Of a DNA stretch of 40,023 bases, positions 8,782-17,804 are shown piece after piece. The DNA is from a virus. Lineage: Duplodnaviria; Caudoviricetes. The stretch spans positions 1-40,023 of the IMG/VR virus record IMGVR_UViG_3300028586_000771. One strand, given 5' to 3'. Below the pieces are notes generated by a model, which saw only the letters and a list, made by a program, of their open reading frames with translations, was not told the DNA's origin and did not search any database. Position 1 is the stretch's first letter; every line of letters begins with the position of its first letter. A program made the translations under genes and the position numbers.

Positions 8782-9453
8782 TCAGGTAAGTATTAAGTTA
8801 AAGCTCTTATCACTGTATGCCTTAATAGTGTAGGCCTGCACATTTTCGCCTTTGGTAAAAGGGAATGAAAAATCTTCAATAGCAATACGATCAATACCTG
8901 CAAGATGCAAAGGCTCACACCACACATAAATCGCTTTTGCAGATGTCAAATAATCTTTAAGCAGCCTGAAATCATTAATTGGATAGCAGTCCGCGATGCT
9001 ACCGGTAAGTAGAGAACCAATTAGAACGCCCGTAATTTCAATAGTGTAATCATCCCTGCTAAAACGCTCCTTAACTGTACCCTCAATTTCAGATACACCA
9101 GGTACATCTTTCCATTTCGCGACATTTCGTCGTACCAAAATATTTTTACCCGTAATATTTATCATTGTTTCATAAGGCAGTAAGAACTTTTCGCCGTTTT
9201 CTGTAAGGCTGAAAGAGAGAGGGAAAAACTGTTTATCTTCCGGTATAGGTGCCGGTGCCTGATTAGCTGCAAACGGTTCTATTGTTTGCGCATTTTGCAC
9301 ATTGTTAGGCTGGGGCTGTATAGGGAATAATGGCAAACCCGGTAATACGTGCTTTTGCAGCTCGTTTTGTATCACTCCAAAGCGTGGTAAGCTCTTCACT
9401 ATACCGCTACCTAATAGCGATGCGTATAATATTTGTTGGTTATTTAGTGCCAT
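8782..9453 (-). CDS. Tail tube initiator-like protein (DUF6046-like)
   Basis: GTVKERFSRDDYTIEITG…QAYTIKAYSD; follows tape measure. Confidence 0.65.
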   Translation of the reverse strand: MALNNQQILYASLLGSGIVKSLPRFGVIQNELQKHVLPGLPLFPIQPQPNNVQNAQTIEPFAANQAPAPIPEDKQFFPLSFSLTENGEKFLLPYETMINITGKNILVRRNVAKWKDVPGVSEIEGTVKERFSRDDYTIEITGVLIGSLLTGSIADCYPINDFRLLKDYLTSAKAIYVWCEPLHLAGIDRIAIEDFSFPFTKGENVQAYTIKAYSDKSFNLILT

Positions 9454-9455
9454 AA

Positions 9456-11387
9456 TTAACTGCCTGCTGTATCAGCCATTGCCAACGTTCGTAATAACTG
9501 ATCGGTGGCTTGTGTGCCTATGTTTTCAATTTCCTCTTTGCTGCCATTTACGGTATTGGCTTTTATGCCTATCATTTCCTGTAGATGGATAGTTATATAA
9601 TTTGTTTTAGAGCCACCGGTGGCAATTGCTGTGTTAGATTTTTCTAAGTTGCTGCCACCATCGCCCAAACTTGTTTTTACTTTTCCTGAGCCTGGCATTT
9701 TCGGGTCTGCAATGCCTCCCATGCCTAAAGCTCCTAATAGGTCGTCCTTAAAATCGCCTATGCTTTTATCGTTTATCTTAAGGCTGCCACCTGCTTTTTT
9801 AAAGTGGTCAATACCTGCTTTACCCTGATCGATGATGGCTTTGCCCTCTGCCTTTACAGCCTCCATACGATTATCAGAAGCTTGTTTTATCTTTGCAAGT
9901 TCAATTGTAGCCCCATCTTTATCCCAAAGACTTTTTAATTTATACCAGGCTATTTTTATCCTGTCAATTCCTGATAGTATCACATGCTCCCATGCTAACC
10001 ATCCAAACTTTAAATAACTCATTGCTGCACCAAAAATGGATTTGACCCCCTCAACTGTATGGTGCCAAGCTTCGCCCCAACCATCAACTTTGTAAATAAG
10101 AAATCCGATCAAAGCTATAAGGGCAATAATACCGGCTATAATCCACGTCATTGGGTTTGCGAGCATCGCGGCATTTAACGACCACCAAGAGGCTGTTTGT
10201 AACATATTGGCTACAGTTACAATCCCTGTCCACGCTGCCTGCGCCATCGCTGCCGCTTTCATTAATACCATAGAGGCAACTACAGAACCTATGGCATAAA
10301 CTGCTGCCATCATTACAGGGTTACCCTCGTTAAACTTATTTATCAGCCATCCTATTCCGTTGCTTGCTGCATCAAGTGCCGCACCTGCAAGCGTAACAAT
10401 AGCCATAGCAGCAGGTTTAATAAATTCATAGAACTTTAAGAGCTTTTCGCTAAGGTTATCCATGAGCTGTGCCCAACGGCCTCCCAATTGCTGTCCCATT
10501 TTTTCAGCCATATTGTGGAACTGGCCACCCTCAGCAGTTGCAGACATAAAGGCATCCGTAACCGTTTTTGCAGAAATCTGCCCTTTACTCATCTCGTCCC
10601 TGAGGACTGCCATGCTCTTACCTGTTTTCCTGCTTATAATACCAAGCGGGTTAAAGCCGGCATTAATCATTTGTAGCAAGTCCTGCCCCTGTAACTTACC
10701 TGCGCTACTCATTTGCGAGAAAGCAAGGGTAAGTGAGTTCATGCGATTAGCATCGCCCATTGCGATATCGCCAATTGCTTTTAGGTTCGGCATAACTTTT
10801 TCCTGAGCAATACCAAAACCCAGCATCATCTTTGCCGCTTCGCCCAAACCAAGTTTTTCGTAAGGGGTTTCCATACCATACTTTGTAATATCAGCTACTA
10901 ATTTTTTAGCGGCATCTTCACTGCCAAGCAATACCTCAAAGCTTGTACTTTGCATATCAGCTTCAATACCTTTCTTTAGTGCAGCACCACCAACCGCACC
11001 CGCTATAACAAGGGGATTAGTTAACAGGCCTGCAAACGGTATCTGGCTAAATGCGTCTTTAAACCATCTGCCGGTCATGCTGCCGCCCGTTGTGCTTTCA
11101 AGGCGCTGTATTTGCCTTTCGAGCGTGCCAATTTCGCGTGTATACCTTTGTATGGTTCCAAGCTGCCTTTGGGGTATCCATTCCCTTTCAGACCTTAACA
11201 AATCAAGCCTTTGTCGCAAAGCTCCAACTGCGTTACCACTGTCCCTTAGTGCATGGCCTACATCACGGCTCCTACGTTCTAAGGCGGCAAAGCGGTTTAA
11301 GGCTGCATCACTATTAATGCCTACTTGCCTAAGCTTGCTGCTCATCCTGTCTTGCAGGCTTAGTGTATATTCAAGTATATTAGCCAT
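9456..11387 (-). CDS. Tape measure protein
   Basis: 643 aa, Ala/Gly-rich; tape_meas core FEVLLGS…ETPYE…AFSQMSSAGKLQGQDLLQMINAGFNPL; hydrophobic middle. Confidence 0.9.
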   Translation of the reverse strand: MANILEYTLSLQDRMSSKLRQVGINSDAALNRFAALERRSRDVGHALRDSGNAVGALRQRLDLLRSEREWIPQRQLGTIQRYTREIGTLERQIQRLESTTGGSMTGRWFKDAFSQIPFAGLLTNPLVIAGAVGGAALKKGIEADMQSTSFEVLLGSEDAAKKLVADITKYGMETPYEKLGLGEAAKMMLGFGIAQEKVMPNLKAIGDIAMGDANRMNSLTLAFSQMSSAGKLQGQDLLQMINAGFNPLGIISRKTGKSMAVLRDEMSKGQISAKTVTDAFMSATAEGGQFHNMAEKMGQQLGGRWAQLMDNLSEKLLKFYEFIKPAAMAIVTLAGAALDAASNGIGWLINKFNEGNPVMMAAVYAIGSVVASMVLMKAAAMAQAAWTGIVTVANMLQTASWWSLNAAMLANPMTWIIAGIIALIALIGFLIYKVDGWGEAWHHTVEGVKSIFGAAMSYLKFGWLAWEHVILSGIDRIKIAWYKLKSLWDKDGATIELAKIKQASDNRMEAVKAEGKAIIDQGKAGIDHFKKAGGSLKINDKSIGDFKDDLLGALGMGGIADPKMPGSGKVKTSLGDGGSNLEKSNTAIATGGSKTNYITIHLQEMIGIKANTVNGSKEEIENIGTQATDQLLRTLAMADTAGS

Positions 11388-11640
11388 TTTGTTTCTTTGC
11401 TTCCTGCTCTCTTATCCAATCAAGTTCACGCACACGGCGCGCCCATTCGTCAATAGTCAGGTTATAGGGATTGATTTTTAAATGGTAAGACAAGCCTATA
11501 TTAACCTGCCTTAGCCATGTAGTCCATTTAAACATTCGCTTAGCCCATTCGGCTGTACTAACGGTATGAACTGATTTTTTTTGCGGTGCCTCGCCTGTGG
11601 GAACGTTCAGGGATAAAGAGGCATCCGCTAAAGCTTTTCC
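11380..11640 (-). CDS. C-terminal extension of tail assembly chaperone via -1 frameshift (not in ORF track)
   Basis: Slippery G GAA AAG at 11640-11634; the -1 frame is open to TAA at 11380 (…WLRQVNIGLSYHLKINPYNLTIDEWARRVRELDWIREQEAKKQNG). Confidence 0.75.
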   Translation of the reverse strand, partial: GKALADASLSLNVPTGEAPQKKSVHTVSTAEWAKRMFKWTTWLRQVNIGLSYHLKINPYNLTIDEWARRVRELDWIREQEAKKQNG

Positions 11641-11954
11641 ACGGTTGCCGTAATGGTCTCTACAGTTTCCATCATCATACTGCTTGCAGCCATTAGCCTT
11701 GCCTCATCGCCTGTAACATTGTCGCCACCTAAAAAGCAGGTGTTAAACAGGAAAATGTTATAAGTAATCAGCCTGCCTTGCTGTAAGTTGGGCTGTGCCG
11801 CCTCGATCTCCTTAATTTTTGGAGATCGCACATAACATACTTCGCCGGTTGCTAATGGTATTTTATAGACATTACCATGTTGCGCTTTCCAAGTGGCGAT
11901 AACTTCGGGTGTTACCTGGTCGGCTGTTGGGGGTGTAGGTTTTGTTGCCTGCAT
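11628..11954 (-). CDS. Tail assembly chaperone
   Basis: Between tube and tape measure; IATWKAQHGNVY…CYVRSP…ends VEKL. Confidence 0.75.
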   Translation of the reverse strand: MQATKPTPPTADQVTPEVIATWKAQHGNVYKIPLATGEVCYVRSPKIKEIEAAQPNLQQGRLITYNIFLFNTCFLGGDNVTGDEARLMAASSMMMETVETITATVEKL

Positions 11955-11956
11955 CG

Positions 11957-12373
11957 TTAAATGTTTTTAAGTATGTCGAGAGCCATCCACGGGATAGTAA
12001 CCTCTTCAAATTTATCGCCCTGTTTTATCTCTTCGCTTTCCTCAGTAAACTGCAAACCGACAATCCTGTTAGTTCGGTTTGCGTTACCTGTAGATGGGTT
12101 TCCATATCCTACCAGGCTATCAACCACAAGTCCTAATATGCTGCCGTTACCGGCATCACAAAGCACATCGTAATCTTTCTTAAGCATCGTAAATTCGCCC
12201 TCATACGCAAAGTTGCCGGTGCCTATGTAAAGGGGCTTGCGCCCTTTACCGTATACGGGCTCTTTTTCAGCTTTTGTTGAGTGTTTAACACCACGAATAC
12301 TTAATACATCGTGGCCACCAATAATTACTGTAATATCGCCCCATTCATAATCTCTGCTGTCAAATCCTGCCAT
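11957..12373 (-). CDS. Tail tube protein
   Basis: 138 aa after sheath; YEWGDI…EKEPVYGKG…GNFAYEGE…QGDK. Confidence 0.8.
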   Translation of the reverse strand: MAGFDSRDYEWGDITVIIGGHDVLSIRGVKHSTKAEKEPVYGKGRKPLYIGTGNFAYEGEFTMLKKDYDVLCDAGNGSILGLVVDSLVGYGNPSTGNANRTNRIVGLQFTEESEEIKQGDKFEEVTIPWMALDILKNI

Positions 12374-12377
12374 TCAG

Positions 12378-13601
12378 TTAGTTTGTTATTGGGACAAAGC
12401 CCAGTGGTACGTCTATGTATCTAAAATACCCTCGCGGCTTAATCTGTAGTTTAGACAGTTTAAGGCGTGAACTCGATGTAACGTTGTTGGTAAGGTCTAC
12501 CACACATAGTACACCGAGGTCTTTAGGGTCGCTTGTATCTATTGAAAGTTCGCCTTTCATGTTATTGCCAATGGCACTAATTACAGCCGTTTCTATAGTT
12601 TTAGCGACCATTACGTCAATGGTGCCATTAGGGTTAACCGTGCTGTCATCAAGTAAAAAATCTATCAGCGCACCATAAGCAAGCCGGTAAGCTTTATCTA
12701 TTGTCCTGCGATGTGTTCCGTAATGGTAATCATCTGTAACAGGGGTTACCGTCGGGTCATCTGTAAAAAAATATCCGCTACGCCCTGTATGGTTTCTAAA
12801 GCTTACATAGCCTTTATCGTGAAGCGCGGCTACATCATACAATTCAGCTTGTATATCAAGGATAAAGGCTGTGAGTGTATTAACTGCCCCATCGCGCGTC
12901 CTTGCCGGATTAGCGTTAACGGGGGTTTTTGCTTTCCTGCCTGCTAAGAGGCCTGTGGCTGCACCTTTACTTGGTGGTGTGGCTGTGCGCCTTTCGGTAT
13001 CGCCAAGCATAATTTGGCAACGGTCATAATCGAGGGTCAAAAGGTCTTTAACCGTTGTTTTATTACCGTCAAAAGCATACCCCTCAAACAAAGTATAAAA
13101 AGGAGCATACCTGTTTTGGGTGTAGTTTTCTGCAAGGGTCTGCGCTAATGGCAGTGCCGCCCATACATCGGCATCAATACCGGTAGTAATTACAGGTGCA
13201 TAAGTTCCAGTCGGCGAAAATGCAGTAAACAACATCGTAAGCTTACCATTGGCAGCATCAAGCAATTTCTCAGCAGGGGTTTTACCTGTAATAACATCTA
13301 CAGTAAACCAGTCGCTTACTTTCGTGGTTTTTGCAAGGCCCATAAGCCAAAGCTCTGTACCGTCGCCTGCCTCTGCATAAAATTCTTTTAAGGCTTTATA
13401 CAGTACATAGTTATCTACACTTGGCGTAATACCCAATGCTGCAACCTGGCTCATGCCCCGCACCATGTAGGGCGTGTTTAGTACAAAGGTGGTAGACACC
13501 GCCGCCGCGCTTGCCAGTAACCCAAACACCCCATCGGGCGTATCAAGGTACTGGCCTAACTGGCCGTTTTGAAAGTTTATATTAATACTTGGTAATCCCA
13601 T
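12378..13601 (-). CDS. Tail sheath protein (DUF2586-like)
   Basis: 407 aa; LHDKGY…GYFFTDD…RRTIDKA…KPRGY. Confidence 0.8.
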   Translation of the reverse strand: MGLPSININFQNGQLGQYLDTPDGVFGLLASAAAVSTTFVLNTPYMVRGMSQVAALGITPSVDNYVLYKALKEFYAEAGDGTELWLMGLAKTTKVSDWFTVDVITGKTPAEKLLDAANGKLTMLFTAFSPTGTYAPVITTGIDADVWAALPLAQTLAENYTQNRYAPFYTLFEGYAFDGNKTTVKDLLTLDYDRCQIMLGDTERRTATPPSKGAATGLLAGRKAKTPVNANPARTRDGAVNTLTAFILDIQAELYDVAALHDKGYVSFRNHTGRSGYFFTDDPTVTPVTDDYHYGTHRRTIDKAYRLAYGALIDFLLDDSTVNPNGTIDVMVAKTIETAVISAIGNNMKGELSIDTSDPKDLGVLCVVDLTNNVTSSSRLKLSKLQIKPRGYFRYIDVPLGFVPITN

Positions 13602-13939
13602 TATTCAGCAGGGTTAGTAAGTTCGGCAGTCTTTTTATCGAAAGCTGCAATTACAGTTTTACGGGTGTCGGCCTTAAATGGCTCTAAATCTTCAAGTGTT
13701 GTTACTGCCTCTATCTGTGCAATAACTTCTTCAATCTTTTGCTTTGCCGGTGCAGCTTCTTTTGGCTCAGTCCTTTCTACAGGTTTAACCATTGTATCTT
13801 TAAGCCCTTTTGCATGGTTCTTAGCATCCTGCAACTTGTAGAATGCTTCGCCATCACTGGTCTCGAAATAAAGGTCAAGGTTTGGGTTTTCCTTAAAAAT
13901 GTCGGCGGCAACAACTGCCAGTATTAAAATGTTTTTCAT
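13601..13939 (-). CDS. Hypothetical protein
   Basis: 112 aa coupled to the sheath gene; TSDGEAF…AKNHA and DTRKTVIAA motifs. Confidence 0.65.
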   Translation of the reverse strand: MKNILILAVVAADIFKENPNLDLYFETSDGEAFYKLQDAKNHAKGLKDTMVKPVERTEPKEAAPAKQKIEEVIAQIEAVTTLEDLEPFKADTRKTVIAAFDKKTAELTNPAE

Positions 13940-13943
13940 GCTT

Positions 13944-14441
13944 TTATCGCTTTAGTTTGTTTTGAATTATCCAACCTGCCCAGATCAACCCTAAGAGTAT
14001 AAATATCCGGCCAAGCCAAATTTGAGTTGTTTGCCATCTTGTGAGAGGCTTATCGATTAGGATAGGTGTTTGCTTTTTGGTTGTTGTAGTTACCTGTTTA
14101 CTTTTCCAAAAGGCATACAGCTTAAGGCTGTCTGAAAGGCAATTGCACCCAATAGTATCGTTTTTAAGCGTTAACATTGGTACTCTTAATTTTCTGCCTG
14201 ATACCATTTTTACAACCTCCCTAAGCACCGGCTTACCATTTCGGCACTCGATAAGTGCCTTTACTGCCGAACTGTCCGGCACATCGACAAAAGTGGTGTC
14301 GTACAGCGTTTCAGTTGTAGTAATTACAGTTGTTTCTTTTTCAGGCGGCAGTTTTGCCCTGCATCCGGAAAATAATGGTGCGGCTAAAAGCAGCAACATT
14401 ATGAGGATGCACCCCCAACATCTTAACTCTGATTTTTTCAT
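13944..14441 (-). CDS. Putative unimolecular spanin (lipoprotein with C-terminal TM)
   Basis: Lipobox-like LFSGC after a hydrophobic signal, C-terminal TM, next to the endolysin. Confidence 0.6.
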   Translation of the reverse strand: MKKSELRCWGCILIMLLLLAAPLFSGCRAKLPPEKETTVITTTETLYDTTFVDVPDSSAVKALIECRNGKPVLREVVKMVSGRKLRVPMLTLKNDTIGCNCLSDSLKLYAFWKSKQVTTTTKKQTPILIDKPLTRWQTTQIWLGRIFILLGLIWAGWIIQNKLKR

Positions 14442-14444
14442 AAA

Positions 14445-14891
14445 TTAAATTCTTAAAAAGCCTTTGCAGGCTGATATTTTACGGGTTCGCCTGCATACTG
14501 CATAGCCCTCGCGGCTACCATCTGCATTTGTATTACCCTCGATTGTTTGAATAACCCCATTTGATAATACCTTTTCAACAAATCCGGTGTGGCCTGCGCC
14601 GCCACCAAAATCCATTATAAAGATGTCGCCGGGTTCGGGTATGGTTTTGCGTAATTCGGGCTTTGCGTTCCATTGTGCAAGTACGCCCCCTGTCCTTTTT
14701 AGCGGGTTGCTCAATTTTGCCTGAGCAACGCACCAGTATACAAAAGCCATACACCAACTGTAACCGCCGCCCAGCCCCACTGATTTTAAGTATATTTCTA
14801 CTTCTGGGCCTTTATTAGAACCCTTTGGTTTTTCTGTTACGCCAAGTTGGCAAGCGGCTATTTTTAAGGCTGCGGATGCAGTAGGTGTCAT
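14445..14891 (-). CDS. CHAP-domain endolysin
   Basis: WCMAFV (Cys), PGDIF, GHTGFV (His), IEGNT. Confidence 0.88.
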   Translation of the reverse strand: MTPTASAALKIAACQLGVTEKPKGSNKGPEVEIYLKSVGLGGGYSWCMAFVYWCVAQAKLSNPLKRTGGVLAQWNAKPELRKTIPEPGDIFIMDFGGGAGHTGFVEKVLSNGVIQTIEGNTNADGSREGYAVCRRTRKISACKGFLRI

Positions 14892-14895
14892 GCTT

Positions 14896-15171
14896 TTATT
14901 TTAATTGTTTGTATCTTTTTAGTTCGTCTGTAAGGCGTTCTATTTCCTCAATAAGCAGCTTGATCTTTATATCCTGCTTATCAATGGTACTAATCGCTGT
15001 ATCAAGCCTGCGCGAAGCATCATCTAACAGGTTTTGGTAAAATGTTGCTGCGGTTTTTGCTGCATCAAGTTCAGCGAGCTTAGCCTCAGCGTTTGTTTTA
15101 CGCCTTGTTAGGAGCCAGGTAACAGCAGCCGTTACAACTGCTGTTATTAGGCTCATTAATGCTTCGTTCAT
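14896..15171 (-). CDS. Putative holin-like protein (1 TM + coiled coil)
   Basis: N-terminal TM followed by RRK and a coiled coil; directly upstream of the endolysin. Confidence 0.5.
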   Translation of the reverse strand: MNEALMSLITAVVTAAVTWLLTRRKTNAEAKLAELDAAKTAATFYQNLLDDASRRLDTAISTIDKQDIKIKLLIEEIERLTDELKRYKQLK

Positions 15172-15184
15172 GCTTAAAAATGGG

Positions 15185-16069
15185 TTAGATTATAGCGCCG
15201 TAATATTTAAGTTCTACCGGTGTCGCTATGAAGTAGTGACGTAATGAAAGAATGTTTGTCTGCGTTGTTGGATTTGCAGAAGCAGGCGAAAAATATAATT
15301 TTGTCTTACCTGTTTTCTTTCCTACGTTAGCTACGCAAAATGCAACGGAGGCCATTTTATCGCCAGCAACCGTAACCGTTCCGTAAGCTCTCTTTACCCC
15401 GGCAGATGTATACATTGGTAAACCCAAATAAGCATAGCATTCAAATCCTGCGATTGACTGGCTAAGTTTACCTGTATTGTGATCTACGAAAAGGTTAGCG
15501 AAACGTTCTTTATTTTTTAAGAACCAGTTTACGTGATCGGGCTGCAATACTATGCGCCTGCCCTCAATTGGAAAGTCCGCTTTTGTCATTGCATTACCTA
15601 AATCTGCCATTGCATCGAAAACGTCGCCGTCAGCACCAATAACTAATACAGGGGTGTTAGCGGTATTTTGTGCCGGTGCAAGTGCATGGATAGCCTTTTT
15701 GTTTTTAGAGATTGCAGTTTCTCTACGATGCCCGTTTGTAGTGCTGTCTATTTTATCATAGCTTGCACCCATCGCAGCATCATCACTAATTGATGTAGGC
15801 CTTGTCTGGTACTTATCCAAGGTAATGGTAGAGCTCCCATCCTCATGCTGCTGTATCTCTAAAGGATAAGTATTGTTGTTGATAAGAACCTCAGGCCTTA
15901 AGGTCTCAATTGAGACGTGAATTATATTTTTTTCGGTTGCAGTACCTGCACCTAAAACATACACTTCGCCGTCAAGTTCAGGAATACCGTCGAGCCAAGG
16001 AGCTACATCCTGTGTAGTTAATATTTGGCGAACCCTTTGTTCCCAAACTTCTGGAAAATTTGCTGGCAT
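15185..16069 (-). CDS. Major capsid protein
   Basis: 294 aa directly after the protease/scaffold; PEVLINNNTYP, LDKYQT, EGRRIVL. Confidence 0.75.
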   Translation of the reverse strand: MPANFPEVWEQRVRQILTTQDVAPWLDGIPELDGEVYVLGAGTATEKNIIHVSIETLRPEVLINNNTYPLEIQQHEDGSSTITLDKYQTRPTSISDDAAMGASYDKIDSTTNGHRRETAISKNKKAIHALAPAQNTANTPVLVIGADGDVFDAMADLGNAMTKADFPIEGRRIVLQPDHVNWFLKNKERFANLFVDHNTGKLSQSIAGFECYAYLGLPMYTSAGVKRAYGTVTVAGDKMASVAFCVANVGKKTGKTKLYFSPASANPTTQTNILSLRHYFIATPVELKYYGAII

Positions 16070-16081
16070 TTAAATGCGGTG

Positions 16082-17071
16082 TTAGTTAGAAAATAGTTTG
16101 TTGTAGTCGTCTGGTCTCTCGCTTTTAAAAGCAAGCTGTGCCTTTTGGTCAAGCGCAACGAAATCATCGATCGTCTTAACATCGGTAGTGTTCGGGGTTC
16201 TTGTACCACCTGGTGCGGTGCGGCCGCTTAAATTTGCTTTAGCCGGGATTGTTTCAAGTACACTTTTAGCATTTTCAAAATCCATTGCTAAAAATGCTTC
16301 TTTTTTATCAGCAGGGATTTTACCATCTGTTACTGCATCAGTAACCAAAGTGGTGTGTGCTGCAAGGCTGATGTTTTTAGCCTCTGCTTTTAGCTTTTGA
16401 TTTTCCGTTGCAAGCTCAATAGCTTTCGTTTCAGCAGCATCTACACGAGCCGAAAGGCTTACAATGTGCGTTTCAATTTCTGCCTTTTCCATGCCATCCG
16501 TTGGGGCATCTTTAAGGCCAAGCGCAATAAGGCAGCGCAAGCCCAATGAAATTTTTGTACTCATTTTTGTTTCTAAATTAAAATTCGGTTCTGTGGGTGT
16601 TAGCGATAAACACATTTCTTTAATGTCGGCTTCGGTAAGTGCTATACCCTCTTTGCCTTGCAGATATAGCTGTAATGCATTTGGGTTTGATGGGATTGGT
16701 GTAATGGTGCCCTCTACAAGCTCACACTCTAAAAGCCATACGTCGCCGTTGATAACCTTTAGGTTTTCTTGGCTAAAAAGTAGCCCGACCGATGCGCCAT
16801 TTATAAAACCCCTGTCGACTTTACCCGCTACTTTGGCGGCATCCTCATCGTCCATATCAAATTCGGGTTCGCCGGTAAGCTGTGCACCCTCAATTTCAAG
16901 GTTAATCCAGCGACCTAATACAGCCGTTGTATTATTATGATGATTGGAAAGCATTACAGGGTTTTTATCAAACCGATCTCTTTTTATGCCTTTAGTAGCT
17001 ACATAAAAACCGTATGAGTTTTTTACCGTCTCATCGCTTAATACAAATCGTTTTACATCTTTTTTCGCCAT
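16082..17071 (-). CDS. Prohead protease / scaffold (HK97-type protease N-domain)
   Basis: NSYGF, NPVMLSNH, GFINGASVG, ELVEGTITPIPSNPNA; C-terminal coiled coil with AVTDGKI. Confidence 0.85.
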   Translation of the reverse strand: MAKKDVKRFVLSDETVKNSYGFYVATKGIKRDRFDKNPVMLSNHHNNTTAVLGRWINLEIEGAQLTGEPEFDMDDEDAAKVAGKVDRGFINGASVGLLFSQENLKVINGDVWLLECELVEGTITPIPSNPNALQLYLQGKEGIALTEADIKEMCLSLTPTEPNFNLETKMSTKISLGLRCLIALGLKDAPTDGMEKAEIETHIVSLSARVDAAETKAIELATENQKLKAEAKNISLAAHTTLVTDAVTDGKIPADKKEAFLAMDFENAKSVLETIPAKANLSGRTAPGGTRTPNTTDVKTIDDFVALDQKAQLAFKSERPDDYNKLFSN

Positions 17072-17104
17072 TTAATTTTGTGCTGTTATCGCTGATTGTG
17101 ATGG

Positions 17105-17235
17105 CAAAGATTAGGCGGCATTGTTTATTAAAAAATTACTTGTAAAGGCCCTTAACACTTGTGTTTAATAGCTTTACAATGTTGTAAAGCTGGTTTACAA
17201 CTCTTTTTTTAGATGGCTTTACTAATTCAATTTTG
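17105..17235. promoter_or_regulatory. Divergent late promoter region with three 17-bp TGTWWA-N5-TTWACA sites
   Basis: Sites at 17141, 17162 and 17183. Degenerate -7 boxes AATCTTTG (- strand, 17105-17112) and CAATTTTG (+ strand, 17228-17235) each lie 28 nt from the array. Confidence 0.7.
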
Positions 17236-17252
17236 TCAATAAATAGATGTGT

Positions 17253-17804
17253 ATGGCAAGATTAAAACAGGTAGAAAAAGACTATGCAAAGGTGCTTTTT
17301 GTGAACGATAACCTTTCGCAAAAAGAGATTGCAGAAAGAATTAACGTAACCGAAAAAACGATTGGCAAGTGGGTAAAGGATGGCAAATGGGATGAGCTTA
17401 AAGTCTCTATGCTTACTACTAAAGACAATCAGTTAAAATCTTTGTACGCACAACTTGAACGTAAAAATATTGAGATCGCTACCCGCCCCATAGTTAGGGA
17501 CATACCCGCTTTTATGCTTAAACCAGTTAAGCTAAAAGATGCTGAGGGTGCAGAAACTTTGGAGTTTCCAAAATATAATCCGGAGGATTACCCAATCAAA
17601 ATTGGCAATGTACCTACATCTGCCGACGCTGATGCTATTTCTAAAATTACAACGGCCATAAAGCGGCTTGAGAGCGAAACTTCTATAGGCGATACTATAG
17701 AGGTTGCCAAAAAGCTTATACAGTTTATACAGCCTATTGATTTTGCCTTTGCAAAGCAGCTAACAACTTTTTGCGATAGCTACATAACATCTTTAATGAA
17801 GTAA
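17253..17804 (+). CDS. Putative terminase small subunit (N-terminal HTH)
   Basis: LSQKEIAERINVTEKTIGKWVKDGKW HTH; coupled to the large terminase. Confidence 0.7.
   Translation: MARLKQVEKDYAKVLFVNDNLSQKEIAERINVTEKTIGKWVKDGKWDELKVSMLTTKDNQLKSLYAQLERKNIEIATRPIVRDIPAFMLKPVKLKDAEGAETLEFPKYNPEDYPIKIGNVPTSADADAISKITTAIKRLESETSIGDTIEVAKKLIQFIQPIDFAFAKQLTTFCDSYITSLMK

Noticed and set aside
507-16940. Many + strand ORFs (e.g. 1923-2234, 10462-10806, 14041-14448, 16464-16940)
   Set aside because: Antisense shadows of the tightly packed - strand structural operon, with no motifs.
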